Assembly: GCA_963798915.1 (NCBI GenBank)
Contig: CAWCVB010000006.1
Span: forward strand, 320,001 to 384,000
Direction: 5' to 3'
DNA length: 64,000 nucleotides
Source: an uncultured Gemmatimonadales bacterium
Lineage (GTDB): Bacteria > Gemmatimonadota > Gemmatimonadetes > Gemmatimonadales > GWC2-71-9
Positions 39,800-50,900 of this stretch are shown here, in pieces. The notes below the pieces were generated by a model, which searched no databases, was not told where the DNA came from, and worked only from the letters and a program-made list of their open reading frames with translations. The translations under genes were made by a program, and so were the position numbers. Numbering within the stretch: the stretch's first letter is position 1; every line of letters begins with the position of its first letter.

Positions 39800-40641
39800 T
39801 GCGGTACGTCCTCCGGGGTCAGGTTGGGCGGCGGTGCAGTTCTCTGATTCTTCTGGAACTGCCGTTCCGCTTCCTTCCGCTCTCTGATGTCCTTGATGGC
39901 CTTCTTGAAATCTGCCACGTTTGCCGATCGCTGTGCTGCCTGCCGGAGGTCTCGATAGAGCACGTCCGAGCGATCGAACGCCATCTGGTCATTTCCACCG
40001 GCCGGCATTGGCAGCAGCGCCAGCAGCGCGGTAGGAATCTTGAGCCCCGCAACATAAATCCATCGCGAATCCAGCCCGAACTTGGCCCCGCCAAGCGTGG
40101 TGGTCCAGTCCGGCGGGTGAACGGCCTTCGAGGCGGGATCCATGGCGATCGAGTCGAGAAAACCCTGGATGATGGCCGTGACCGCGCTGTCGGCCAGTTC
40201 GGAGTGCGATCGCGAGAGCCGCGCCGCCAGTTCCCTGGGGGCGAGCGGCAGGGGCCGCACCCATACCGTACCGGACGCCCGGGCCGGCCCCAGGCGAGCA
40301 AATGGAGTAGACCGGCGCGCGTCGGCGTCGTGCGTCGCCGGCGTGGCAGGTGAGGATCCGGTGTCGACCGCGCCAGCGGAGGCCGGGGGCAGGTGCCGCG
40401 GCACCACCATCGGCGTTGCCGTCCGGTCTTCCGTCGGCGCCCGGCGTGAGGCATGGCTGCGCGTGTCCACCACCGGCAACGGACTGAGCCGCACCCGGGC
40501 GGACGTGACTGCCATCTGAGGCACGTGCGTGCCGAACAGCAGCAGCGCCAGCAGGCCAAGATGCAGCGCAATGCTGGCGGCGAGCACCAGCCATGGCTGC
40601 CGCCGTTGCTGCGGAAACTGCAGGTCAGGCAGGCGCGCCAA
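39796..40641 (-). CDS. membrane-anchored hypothetical protein
   Basis: N-terminal TM with SIALH (TonB/TolA-like anchor) and Pro-rich linker; TTG start after GGGAG inferred. Confidence 0.65.
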   Translation of the reverse strand: MARLPDLQFPQQRRQPWLVLAASIALHLGLLALLLFGTHVPQMAVTSARVRLSPLPVVDTRSHASRRAPTEDRTATPMVVPRHLPPASAGAVDTGSSPATPATHDADARRSTPFARLGPARASGTVWVRPLPLAPRELAARLSRSHSELADSAVTAIIQGFLDSIAMDPASKAVHPPDWTTTLGGAKFGLDSRWIYVAGLKIPTALLALLPMPAGGNDQMAFDRSDVLYRDLRQAAQRSANVADFKKAIKDIRERKEAERQFQKNQRTAPPPNLTPEDVPQ

Positions 40642-41821
40642 GTTGCTCCCGTGGCGTCGCCGCCAGCACCTGGCCAAGCCGCTCGATGCCTTGCTTCAAT
40701 CGCTCCGGCGGCGCGGTCAGGGCGACCCGGAAGAAACCCTCGCCTGCCGGCCCGAAGCCGGCCCCCGGCAGCACGATCGTGCCGGTCTCGAGCATCGCCT
40801 TCTTCGCAAAGGGCTGCGAGGCTACGCCGGGTGGCAAGGGGACCCAGAGATACATCGCCGCCTTCGGGCTCTGGACCTGAAACCCCGCCTCGGCGAGCGC
40901 CTGCACTCCGGCATCACGTCGGCGTTGCAGTTCCGAGCGAATCGGCGCGACGAATTCCTCGCTCCGGTCCAGCGCCACGCAGCCCGCCTTCTGGATGGCC
41001 AGGAATGGGCCGGTATCGACGTAGCTCTTCACGCGGGTTAATGCATAGATCAGCGGCTTGGCCCCGACGGCATACCCGACTCGCCAGCCCGTCATGGCGT
41101 AACTCTTCGAGAGGGAGAGGAATTCGACGGCCACGTCACGAGCACCGGGAATCTCGAAGATGCTGGGCGCGCGATAGCCATCGAACGTGATGTCGGCATA
41201 GGCGTTGTCGTAGGCGAGGAGAATGTCATACTTCCGGCACATCGCCACCGACTTCTCCAGGTATGCCATTGGTGCGATGGCGGCGGTCGGATTATTGGGA
41301 TAATTGAGGTACACCAGCCCGGTTCGCTGCAGGACCGACGGCGGAATCGCATCCCAGTCCAGCAGGAAGTCGGATTCGGGCCGCAGCCCGCAGATGTGTG
41401 GTTCACAGGCCGAGAGCAGCGCACCTCCGATGTACGCCTGGTAGCCGGGTTCGGGCACCAGGACCACATCGCCAGGGTTGCACACCCCGAACGCCATGTG
41501 GGTCAGGCCTTCCTTCGAGCCGATCAACGGCAGGATCTCCGTCATCGGGTCGAAGGTCTGGCCGAATCGCCGCTCCACAAAGGCGCTGCAGGAGCGACGG
41601 AACTCGGGAAGGCCCAGCTGGAACCCGTACTTGTGGTAGCGGAGCTCACCGAGCGCCTCTGTCAGCGCATCGATGATGGCCTGTGCCGGAGGGTAGTCCG
41701 AGTCCCCCGCGCCCAGGTCGATCACGTCGACTCCTTCCTCGAGCAGGCGGCGCTTGATGCCGGGGATCTCCGCCAGCGGGTAGCCCGGAAGGCGCTCAGT
41801 CCGCGCGCTCTTCTCGATCAT
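40625..41821 (-). CDS. class I/II PLP aminotransferase (LL-diaminopimelate aminotransferase-like)
   Basis: IGSKEG, NYPNNPT, DNAY and SLSKSYAMTGWRVG. Confidence 0.9.
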   Translation of the reverse strand: MIEKSARTERLPGYPLAEIPGIKRRLLEEGVDVIDLGAGDSDYPPAQAIIDALTEALGELRYHKYGFQLGLPEFRRSCSAFVERRFGQTFDPMTEILPLIGSKEGLTHMAFGVCNPGDVVLVPEPGYQAYIGGALLSACEPHICGLRPESDFLLDWDAIPPSVLQRTGLVYLNYPNNPTAAIAPMAYLEKSVAMCRKYDILLAYDNAYADITFDGYRAPSIFEIPGARDVAVEFLSLSKSYAMTGWRVGYAVGAKPLIYALTRVKSYVDTGPFLAIQKAGCVALDRSEEFVAPIRSELQRRRDAGVQALAEAGFQVQSPKAAMYLWVPLPPGVASQPFAKKAMLETGTIVLPGAGFGPAGEGFFRVALTAPPERLKQGIERLGQVLAATPREQLGAPA

Positions 41822-42444
41822 GGTCGCGCTCCTCCGGCGACAGGATTGGACAGGATGCCGACGCCGCCGATCTCGACTTCCACGACGTCACCGGGTGTGA
41901 GGGGGCCCACACCGGCGGGCGTTCCAGTTGCAATCAGGTCGCCCGGTTCGAGGGTCATGATGCTGCCGATATACTCGACCAGTGCGGGAATGCTGAAATG
42001 CATCTCCTGGCTGGTGGCGCGCTGCCGGGTCTCGCCGTTGACCCTGGTCACCAGCTCAAGCGACTGCCAGTCGAGCCCTCGGGCGACCCGCGGTCCCACC
42101 GGACAGAACGTGTCGAAGCCCTTGGCTCGTCCCCATTGCCCATCGGAGCGCTGCAGATCGCGCGCGGTCACGTCATTGACGCAGGTGAAGCCCTCGATGG
42201 CAGTGGCGGCGTCGCCCGCTGAACCGCCCCGGAAGCGACGGCCGATTACGATCCCGATTTCGCCCTCAAATTCCACCTGGTGCGACGCGGCGGGAAGCAC
42301 GATCGGCTGGCCATCTTCGAGCAGTGCGCTGGGCGGCTTCAGGAACAGCATCGGCCGCTCGGGCATTGGGTTGCCAAGCTCAGCGGCGTGCGCCGCGTAA
42401 TTCCGGCCGACGCACACAATCTTGGACGGATGCAATCCGGTCAC
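41818..42444 (-). CDS. fumarylacetoacetate hydrolase family protein
   Basis: KIVCVGRNYAAHA, FLKP, EGE, NDVTARD and ATGTPAGVG. Confidence 0.93.
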   Translation of the reverse strand: MTGLHPSKIVCVGRNYAAHAAELGNPMPERPMLFLKPPSALLEDGQPIVLPAASHQVEFEGEIGIVIGRRFRGGSAGDAATAIEGFTCVNDVTARDLQRSDGQWGRAKGFDTFCPVGPRVARGLDWQSLELVTRVNGETRQRATSQEMHFSIPALVEYIGSIMTLEPGDLIATGTPAGVGPLTPGDVVEVEIGGVGILSNPVAGGARP

Positions 42445-44945
42445 ACGCTCGCCCCGATGCCGAACCGGGCGAAGAAGTCCTCGCATCGTGTCCGGACCTC
42501 CGCCCAGGTGCCGATGATCCGGTCGGCTGGCGGAAGCCCATTAAGCACCAGCGGCCCGTAGCGCTTGGTGACGACGCGGCTGTCGAGCAGCACAACGACG
42601 CCAGCGTCCTGCCGGCTTCGGATAAGCCGCCCGAATCCCTGCTTCAGCTTGAGTGCTGCGTGCGGAAGCAGGTAATCCATGAAACCGTTGCGTCCCTGCT
42701 CCTCGAGACGCTCGACCCGAGCAGCCGTGATCGGTTCACTGGGCACCTTGAAAGGTAGCTTCGTCAGGACCAGGGCGCGGAGCGCCCTCCCGGGGACATC
42801 TACGCCTTCCCAGAACGAGTCGGTGCCGAGCAGGATGGCCTGGCCGGACTCCCGGAAGCGGCGCAGCAGCTGGTCGCGCTGCCCCTCACCTTGGACCAGC
42901 AGCGGCCAGCGGGGGTCCAGCCCCTGCCGGAGCCGCACGGCGGCCCGGCGGAGTGCCGCGTGGCTGGTGAAGAGCACGAACATGCCTCCGTCGCAGGCGT
43001 ACGCCAGGTCGCGGACCACCTGCGCCACCGCTGCATCATGGGCCTCTTCATGCTCCCGCGGATCCGGAATGTCCGTCGGCACGCCGAACAGGCACTGCGC
43101 GCCAAAGTCGAACGGTGACGCAAAGGTGGCCCGCACCGTGACCCGGCTCGTCGCTCCATCGAGGCCCAGGCGCGATTCCAGGAATTCGAACTCGCCGGAT
43201 GCCGCCAGCGTCGCGCTGGTAAGCGCCACGGTCTCGACCCGGTCGAAGATCAACTCGCGGAGGATGGGCGCGAGCTCGAGCGGTACGGACGAAAGCGAGA
43301 CGTCCTGCTGGCGGCGACCGCTGCGTTCCATCCATCGTACCGCCGCCGGCCCACCCGTCACTGGACGCAGGGCGCGATTGAGCCCGTCCGTGACACCGTC
43401 GAGACGACGGAGCACCGCTCGCAACTCGCGCAGCAGCTGCCCCCGACGCTCGCTCTCCTCCCCCTGCTCCAGCCGGTCCGCGACCGTCTCGATGAGTTCC
43501 TTGAGCAGCTGGAATACGCCCGTCACGGCGTCCAGCTCCCGCGTGAGTCCTGCCGCCCAGATTTCGTCCTCGGCAAATTCGTCGGTCAGGCGCAGCTGGC
43601 CGGCCGGCGCAGCCGCCACCCTGGCCTGCAGTCGATCAAACATTTGTTCGGCGGCTCGGCGGGCATCGCCCACGGCGGGCATCAGCCGCTGCATCACAAG
43701 GTCATGGCTGGCCCGGCTCAGCAGGTCGTCCCGCCCGGAGAGCTCGCGGAGGAGCGTCGGCAGGAGGCCGCGCCCGTTCCGCTCGAACCGCGCCAGCAGC
43801 CGCCGCACGTGGCGACTGGAGACCTGCGCCCCCAGGTGCTTGGCGGCGACGTCCTCCAGATGATGCGCCTCGTCAAGAATCAGTCGCTGATAGGGGGGAA
43901 GGACGGCGGCCTCCTGCCAATTGTCGGAGGCCTGGCGAACGGCGAGGTCCGCTGCCAGCAGATGGTGGTTGACTACCACGACGTCCGCATCTGCCGCCCG
44001 CCGGCGCGCCTTGAAGAGGAAGCACCGATCATAGTGGGGGCACTTCATCCGGGTGCAGAGATCGGCTTCGGCGCTCACCTCATCCCACACCTCCATGGAG
44101 GGCTGCACCGCCAGGTCGCTGAGCGTGCCGTCCGCCGTGTGCGCTGCCCACGCCGACACATCGTACAACTCGGCCAGATGCTCCTGCTCGAGCAGGGTGC
44201 GCTGGGCCGCTTCCGCGCTGGCGAGGCGTGCCAGGCACAGGTAATTGCGCCAGCCCTTGAGCAGCGCAAAGGTGGGCTCGTGCTCTTCGTCGCCAAAGGC
44301 ACGACGCAGCAACGGCAGGTCCTTGCCGACCAGCTGCTCCTGCAGGTTGATGGTGTTCGTGCTCACCACTGTTCGCTCGCCATTGGCGCGCGCCCATGCG
44401 AGCGCCGGCACCAGGTAGGCAAACGACTTGCCCACCCCCGTCCCGGCCTCGAGCAATTGAATCCCGCCATCGTTGTAGGCATCGGCCACGTAGGCAGCCA
44501 TATCCCGCTGACTGGGCCGGTCTTCGAACTGGCCCAGCACATGGGCAACCTCGCCATCCGCACCAAGGGCCTTGACGACCGCAAACGGATCCACCCGCAC
44601 ATTTTCCCGGGCGCGCGGAACCTCGACCACGACGTACAGCTCGCTTGCGTCGTTACAGAGGATGCCGAACCCGACGCCGGCGTCGTGCAGTCGGGCGGCC
44701 ACATGCAGGTCGGCGCCCGAAGGTTCCAGATTGCCGCTCGGGTGATTGTGCAGCAGCATCTCGCCACGGCGGGCCACACCCGGCAACGCCAGCACTTCAC
44801 CGACCGTTCCGCGCGCCACCGTGCGGGCAGCCGTGACCGTGCCGTCACGGTTGAGCTCCGCCACGAAGGACACCTCGCGTCCGCCGGCAGCCAGGATTTC
44901 CCCGGCCAGGAAGGCGCGAACTCCCGGATCAATGCGTTCAGTCAG
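42441..44945 (-). CDS. dinG: DinG/YoaA-family helicase with N-terminal JAB/RadC-like domain (probable CTG start)
   Basis: HNHPSGNLEPSGAD; EAGTGVGKS; Fe-S Cys cluster; DEAHH; TSATL; FWEGVD; QGFGRLIR. Confidence 0.9.
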   Translation of the reverse strand: MTERIDPGVRAFLAGEILAAGGREVSFVAELNRDGTVTAARTVARGTVGEVLALPGVARRGEMLLHNHPSGNLEPSGADLHVAARLHDAGVGFGILCNDASELYVVVEVPRARENVRVDPFAVVKALGADGEVAHVLGQFEDRPSQRDMAAYVADAYNDGGIQLLEAGTGVGKSFAYLVPALAWARANGERTVVSTNTINLQEQLVGKDLPLLRRAFGDEEHEPTFALLKGWRNYLCLARLASAEAAQRTLLEQEHLAELYDVSAWAAHTADGTLSDLAVQPSMEVWDEVSAEADLCTRMKCPHYDRCFLFKARRRAADADVVVVNHHLLAADLAVRQASDNWQEAAVLPPYQRLILDEAHHLEDVAAKHLGAQVSSRHVRRLLARFERNGRGLLPTLLRELSGRDDLLSRASHDLVMQRLMPAVGDARRAAEQMFDRLQARVAAAPAGQLRLTDEFAEDEIWAAGLTRELDAVTGVFQLLKELIETVADRLEQGEESERRGQLLRELRAVLRRLDGVTDGLNRALRPVTGGPAAVRWMERSGRRQQDVSLSSVPLELAPILRELIFDRVETVALTSATLAASGEFEFLESRLGLDGATSRVTVRATFASPFDFGAQCLFGVPTDIPDPREHEEAHDAAVAQVVRDLAYACDGGMFVLFTSHAALRRAAVRLRQGLDPRWPLLVQGEGQRDQLLRRFRESGQAILLGTDSFWEGVDVPGRALRALVLTKLPFKVPSEPITAARVERLEEQGRNGFMDYLLPHAALKLKQGFGRLIRSRQDAGVVVLLDSRVVTKRYGPLVLNGLPPADRIIGTWAEVRTRCEDFFARFGIGASV

Positions 44946-46231
44946 GTCTTGAGTTCCTTCTTTTTCGCTGCCGGAAAGAGCACGTTGTTCAGGATGAGCC
45001 GGTACCCGGGTGAATGCGGAAATACCGAAAGATCGGTCGGCGCATCGCCGATCTGGTGCTGCGGGTCCTCTGGATCATGTCCGCCGTAGAATGTCCAGGT
45101 GCCCTGCCCTCGTTCCCCATGAATGTACTTGACCCACGGGGCTCCCGGCTCGTCGGCCAGCACCGTGACAGCCGGCTTCAGCGTACGGCGGGTGAAGGAG
45201 GTGGTCAGCCCGTAAAAGTCGGGGATCACCTGGCGGTGATTCTGGACCAGCATGCTGGGCACCGGGTCGATCTTGGCGCTGAAGTTGAACAGGGTGAACG
45301 AGCCCAGCGGCTGGCGACGCTCGGGCGAATTCACCTGGTGACCATCAATGTCGGAAAACACCGCCGTGGTCGGGCTCAACTCGAGATGGGCTCCCTGAAA
45401 GGCGAGCGCCCGGTCCCAGTCGAGTTTCTGGGCCGCGTCCGGATCCATCGGCGTGCCGTCCGCGTAGCTTGCGGCGATGTCCACGCCGTCACTGGCGAGC
45501 GCCAGGTCGAGCGTCTCTGTCGCCGTGCACATCGCAAAGAGGAATCCCCCGCGCTCGACAAAGGCAGCGATGCGCTGCGCCATGGCACGCTTGTCCGCCG
45601 GCACATCGCGGTAGCCGAGCGCCCGGGCCATCGCCTGGTTGCGATTGATCATGTCGGCCAGCCAGGGAGCTCCGGCGTAGTTCAGCACGAACTTGGAGTA
45701 TTGGCCGGTGAAGTCTTCGTGATGCAGGTGCAGCCAGTCGAAGTCGTCGAGCCGGCCGGCGTGCAGCTCCGCATCCCAGAGCTTGTCAAATTTGATTCCC
45801 GCGAAATTCAGGGCCATCGTCACCGCGTCGTCCCAAGGCGCCGCATTGGGCGGCGCATAGACCGCGACCCGAGGCGCCTTCTCCAGTGGGACCGCATCCA
45901 TGTTGGCCCCGGCGATCTGCGCCTTGATCGAGGTGACGCTGCTCTCCTCGAGCGGTTCAACATCGACGCCTGCGAGCGCCGCATCCCGCACCGTGGCAGC
46001 GCTGCCAGGCAGGAGGAAAGAACCGCCCCGATAGTTGAGGAGCCATTCGACCCGTTCGCCTCGTTCCAGCGCGCGGAACGCCACTCCATAGGCTTTCAGA
46101 TGCTGGGACTGGCGCTCATCCATTGGCGCGAGCAGGTAAGCCGCCGTCGGCCAGCGACCGATCAGGCCCAGGCGAAGCCGTGGGACCAGCAGCCCCGCTG
46201 CGGTCAGCTGGACGAAACTCCTTCGCCTCAT
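44942..46231 (-). CDS. Tat-exported conserved protein with class I glutamine amidotransferase-like features
   Basis: MRRRSFV twin-Arg signal; HLKAYG, WLLNYRGGSF, HLHHEDFTGQ, FAMC and GHDPED. Confidence 0.75.
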   Translation of the reverse strand: MRRRSFVQLTAAGLLVPRLRLGLIGRWPTAAYLLAPMDERQSQHLKAYGVAFRALERGERVEWLLNYRGGSFLLPGSAATVRDAALAGVDVEPLEESSVTSIKAQIAGANMDAVPLEKAPRVAVYAPPNAAPWDDAVTMALNFAGIKFDKLWDAELHAGRLDDFDWLHLHHEDFTGQYSKFVLNYAGAPWLADMINRNQAMARALGYRDVPADKRAMAQRIAAFVERGGFLFAMCTATETLDLALASDGVDIAASYADGTPMDPDAAQKLDWDRALAFQGAHLELSPTTAVFSDIDGHQVNSPERRQPLGSFTLFNFSAKIDPVPSMLVQNHRQVIPDFYGLTTSFTRRTLKPAVTVLADEPGAPWVKYIHGERGQGTWTFYGGHDPEDPQHQIGDAPTDLSVFPHSPGYRLILNNVLFPAAKKKELKT

Positions 46232-47949
46232 GACGGGGGCACCGTTCCCTTGAGCGTATCGAGCGCACGGCGGGCTTCCGGCACGACCGCGCTCGCGGGA
46301 TACGTCAGGATCAGGTGTTCAAGCATGGTCCGCGCCTCGTCCGACCGATCGACCGCAATCATGATGTGCGCCAGCTCCAGTTCAGCCACCGGGGCGACGG
46401 CCGGCGCCGCGGTGGTATCGGCCGCGCGCAGCAGTGCTTCGGCGCGCTGCGATTCACCACCGGCGTGAAGCAACCGCCCTGCCAGCAGCCGGAGTTCTGC
46501 ACCGCCGGCAGCAGCGGGCAGGCCGTTTGCAACCTGCTCGAGCGACGCCGCCGCAGGGAGCGTGTCCCCTCGCGCGAGCGCGAGGAGCGCTGCCCCGAGA
46601 GCCGGCAGGCTGTCTTCTTCGATGGGCTGCAGGAGCGCCAGCAACGCGGTTCGTTCGGTGGCATCGGTTCGGGAACCGGCATAGGGACCCGCCTTTCGGA
46701 GCATGTCCGCGCCGTTCTTCAAGTCGCCCTGAAAGATGGCGATCCGCCCACGCAATGCGAGGCCATCGACGGTGCTGTCGCCCTCCAGCCGCCCGGCGGC
46801 CCTGGCAAAGTCACCCTTGGTGGCCCAGCCCCATGCCAGCCGGCGACGCAATCGGTCGCGGTCCTCCGGATTCATCTCCCTCGCTGCGGCGGCAAAACGG
46901 CGTTCGGCCTCCTCCAGGCGACCCGCACCGACCAGTACATCGATCAGCGTTTCGCTGGCGCTGCTCCCAGCTGACCGGTCGCTCGTGACCAGGGCCAGAA
47001 TTCGTTGCGCCGACGCCGCATCACCGGCTTCCTGATAGCTGCGGGCTGCGGCCACGAGCGCGCGCGTGGCTGCCACCCCCACGCTCCTGTCCGCCGCGGC
47101 CTCGAGCGCCGCTCCGCGAGCCAGCAGCGCGCTGCGGCCATTCGCCACTCGCAATTGCTCGGCGACGGCGTTCAATGCATCCACGGCCCGTGGATCCCGC
47201 GGTGGAAGGCGCCCGATCAATTCCTTGACCGCGCCCTGCGGATCGCCCCACCGGGCGCCGAGCAGTGCTGCGAGCACCTGCGCGTCCAACAGCGAGTCCT
47301 GCCGCAGCACCGCGCGGATTCCGGGCCGAGCCGCGACGGGCGCCGGCGCCAGTGCGGCCGAGGCGGCAAGACGGTAGCCGGGGATGTCCCGGATGGCGTT
47401 GGTCCACTCGCGGGCCGAGGACGCCCAGTCGCCTTCGACCGCATACAACTGTGCCGCTTCATAGGCCAGCGCTGCCGGATTCTTGAGCTTCCTGCGCGCC
47501 AACTCCACGGCGCGCCGGGCAGTGACGCGATCCCGCTTGCGGAGCGACGCCTGGACCCAGTCGCGCCAGGGCTGCAGCTCCCCAGGCATCGCCAACGCCC
47601 ACCGCTCGACCACGGCCTGGGCGCTGTCCTGCTCGCCTTGTCCCACCCAACCGCGCACCAGGACGCCGAAGGCGGCGGGGCTCGGGTTTGCCACCAGGGC
47701 GCGTTGCGCCAGTGGAATGACGTCCGCTTCACGGTCGAGCGGCTCCAGGACGCGCTCGACCCCAAGCAGCGCTGCCGGGTCGCCTGGCTGTTCGGCCAGA
47801 ACGGACTTGAATGCGTCGGCTGCTGCCGCGTACTGATTTTGCCGCTCGAGCTCGAGCGCACGGGCCATGGTGGCGTTGCCTGGCTGCTGGCCCTGCAGGA
47901 GCGATGGCAGGACGCAGCCTGCCAGGAAAAAGAAGCAACGGAGCTTCAC
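46228..47949 (-). CDS. exported tetratricopeptide-repeat protein
   Basis: Signal peptide, Ala/Leu-rich helical repeats and C-terminal LILTYPASAVVPEARR; GTGA overlap. Confidence 0.75.
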   Translation of the reverse strand: MKLRCFFFLAGCVLPSLLQGQQPGNATMARALELERQNQYAAAADAFKSVLAEQPGDPAALLGVERVLEPLDREADVIPLAQRALVANPSPAAFGVLVRGWVGQGEQDSAQAVVERWALAMPGELQPWRDWVQASLRKRDRVTARRAVELARRKLKNPAALAYEAAQLYAVEGDWASSAREWTNAIRDIPGYRLAASAALAPAPVAARPGIRAVLRQDSLLDAQVLAALLGARWGDPQGAVKELIGRLPPRDPRAVDALNAVAEQLRVANGRSALLARGAALEAAADRSVGVAATRALVAAARSYQEAGDAASAQRILALVTSDRSAGSSASETLIDVLVGAGRLEEAERRFAAAAREMNPEDRDRLRRRLAWGWATKGDFARAAGRLEGDSTVDGLALRGRIAIFQGDLKNGADMLRKAGPYAGSRTDATERTALLALLQPIEEDSLPALGAALLALARGDTLPAAASLEQVANGLPAAAGGAELRLLAGRLLHAGGESQRAEALLRAADTTAAPAVAPVAELELAHIMIAVDRSDEARTMLEHLILTYPASAVVPEARRALDTLKGTVPPS

Positions 47950-50900
47950 GGTAGCCGGCCCTCGGCCAGGCGGCGAAAATAGTCGATCACCAGGCGACGA
48001 TCCTCCGGCGACAATCGCTGCAGCTCCTCCCATGACGGGAAACGCGGTGCGCCGCTTCCCTCGAGGCGCTCGCGCAGCGCCGGCGGCAACTGCACGTTCC
48101 CTTCCCTGGCGGTTGTGCTCTGGCGCTCCTTCTGCTCATCGCGCTCCTCGCCCTGGAGCGTGCGGCCGGCGTCGAGCATGCGCCGGAAGAGTTGCTGCTG
48201 CCGCTCGACTGTCTGCCGGTCAACGCGCCCCGCAGCCAGCCGCCTGGCCAGCTCCTGCGCCTCCTGAGCAAACGAACCCGCCCCCGGCATGTTGCCCTGC
48301 GCTCGCATCCGTTCCAGTTCCTGGGCGATGGCACGCTGCTGCGCCGCCAGCTGCTGCATCAGCGGCTGGCCCGCACCCTGACCCGGCATTGGCAGAAGTG
48401 ACGCGGTCTGCTGGCCCACCTGGCCTTGCTGCCCTGCCAGCTGACTCATCCGTTCCATCGCTTCGCCCATGCCGGAGCCGGAGGCGGATCCGGCGACTTC
48501 GTCGCGCGAGCGCACCATCATGTACGCCGCGGCATTGAGGGCGTCGACTGCGGAACCCGCACGGTCTGCCCCGGCTGGGAGGTTCGCATTGGCGGTCGAA
48601 ATGGCCTCCCTGGCGCTGGCCATCTGGGTCCCCGCCATCGCCAGGGCCACGCCGATCTGCGGGGACACCAGCGCGTTCTTGCCTGAGACCTCGCGAATCC
48701 TCACCGCAACACGCTCCAATGCGTCCTCAAGTGCCACCTGGGTGGCGCGGAGCATGGCCGGATCGCCGCCACCGTCGAGCGCGGCGGATAGCGCCAGTTC
48801 CTGGCCACTGATCCGGCTGGTCTCCGCGAGCGCCTGGTCCAGCGCCTTCTTGACCTCCTCACGCCAGCGTTGCTGCGCGGCATTCCGCGCCTGGTCCATC
48901 TGGCCGCTGAGCGGGCCAAGCATGCCTGAGGCGCGCTTGCCATGCTGCTGAGCACTTGCGCGGTTGCCCTGCTGCATTTGCTGGCCGGCTCGCTGCATTT
49001 CCGCGGCTGCCTGTGCTGCCTGCTTTGCAGCCTCTTCCAGCGCAGCCCGGGCCGCGGATGAGTCGAGCTGCCCCGCAGCGTCGGCCAGCCGGCTCCCGAG
49101 CGAGTCGGTGCGCCCGGCAAGCTGTTGTTCCTGGCCAGCGGCCTGCGCAGAATCTGCCGTCGGCGCCCCGGCATTCCATCGGTCCTGTGCCTTGGCCAGG
49201 TCACGCGCCTCCTCGGACAACGAGGCGAGTTCGCCTTCCAGCGCCGCCCGCTTGAAGAGTTCTCGACTCCGCTCGAGTGCGTCTTTCAGCTTGCCCTGGG
49301 CGTCGGTCAGGTCCTGCAACGCGCGCCGCGCCTGCTCGGCATCGAGGTTCTTGAGGGCCAGCTTCAATTCGGCCAGCTTGGCCCGCATCTCCGGCGTCAG
49401 CGCCTTGGCGAGCTGCTCGCGCACTTCCGCCAGCCGCTTCTGAAATTCCGGATCAGTCGTGCCCGCCTGCTCAGCCGCCTGCCGAAGTGCGTCCAGCGCC
49501 TCCTTCAACTGCTCGGACTGCTGCACCAGCGACTCGGTCGCCTCTGCCAATGCCTGCGCCTGTTTTGCCTGCTCGAATGACAAGGCAGGGTCAGGCCCGC
49601 TGGCACTGGTCTCGGCACGGGTCCGTTCGCGCGAGAGGTCTTCCGTGCGACGAGCAACGTCGGCGCTCCGCTGAACCAGGGAATCGAGTGACGTAGCCAT
49701 CGCACGGGCGGTGGCACGCTGCGCCTCGCGCAGCTCACCCATGGTCGGGATCCGGATCTGATACTCGCGGGATCGGCCAACCTGATGGCCGGGAGCATTG
49801 TCGGCGACGATCATCTGGTAGAAGATCGTGTCACCCGGCATCGCACCGGCGGAACGCAGGTCCAGCTCGTGGGCCAGAATGGCGTGCTCGGGCTGGCCCG
49901 GTACAGCGACGGTGTCCATGCGGACGATGCTGCCGCGACGCAGACGCAACCTGGCCGACATGACGGCGTGGTCGTCATGCGCGTCGATGACGAGCGGCAG
50001 TCGCATGGAGAGCGGCGCCAAAGTGTCGGCGCCGGGCACGGGGATGGTCACGACAGGTACGCTGTCCGCAACCAGACGAAGCGCCAGGCGCGCCGTGTCG
50101 CCGCCCAGCGCGCCGCCATCAGCACTGCGCAGTCCGAGGGTGTAAAGCCCCGCTGCGCGCGGCATGAACTCACCACGAAAGCGCTCGCGCTCGACGACCA
50201 GCGGCACGCGCACGGTCCCGATGCGCCACTCCGCCTCGCTCAACGCGGCAGTGGCCTCGCCCCGTGTCAAGAGATGCGTACCGACCGGAAGCAGGATCGT
50301 GTCACCAGACACTGGCAGTGGCTCATCGGCAAGATGCAGGTAGCTCGGATAGTGCGCCGTAACGCTGAGCGCCCCGAGAAAGGCGGGGAGCCGGACGGTG
50401 ACATGCACCGTGTCGGATCCGCGCCCACCGCTGGTTGCATGGGCATACAGATCGGATTCGAGCGGACCCACCCGCCAGCTCGCCCGCCCCTCGGGAGACA
50501 GTGTGAGCTCGGTGGTGACCCAGGTATCGCCCGGGGCGCGAGTGAAGAGTGCCGCCGACGCACGGCCCGGCGCCTGGATCGAGAACGTGACGGAATCGCC
50601 GCGATCAACTGCGGCGGCGTTAGCTGTCAGGCGGACCGGCTTGGCCGCATCGAGCAGCGCCCGTGCGGGATGCCAGACACGAGCCGCGGGCGCCCTCCAC
50701 GGACGAGCACTGATCAGCAAGGCGCTGCCGGCGGCCAGCAGGATCGAGCCCGCCAGCAGGCGCCGACGAACCGGTGCAGCCAGCGGCGCGAGCGCGGGCA
50801 TGCCGCGCGTCGAGATCGCCTGGGACGACTGACTGTCGGCGAGTTCCCGAAGCGCGTTGCTGGTGCCGGCGAGTGCCGGTTGCAGCAGTCCGCTGAGGCG

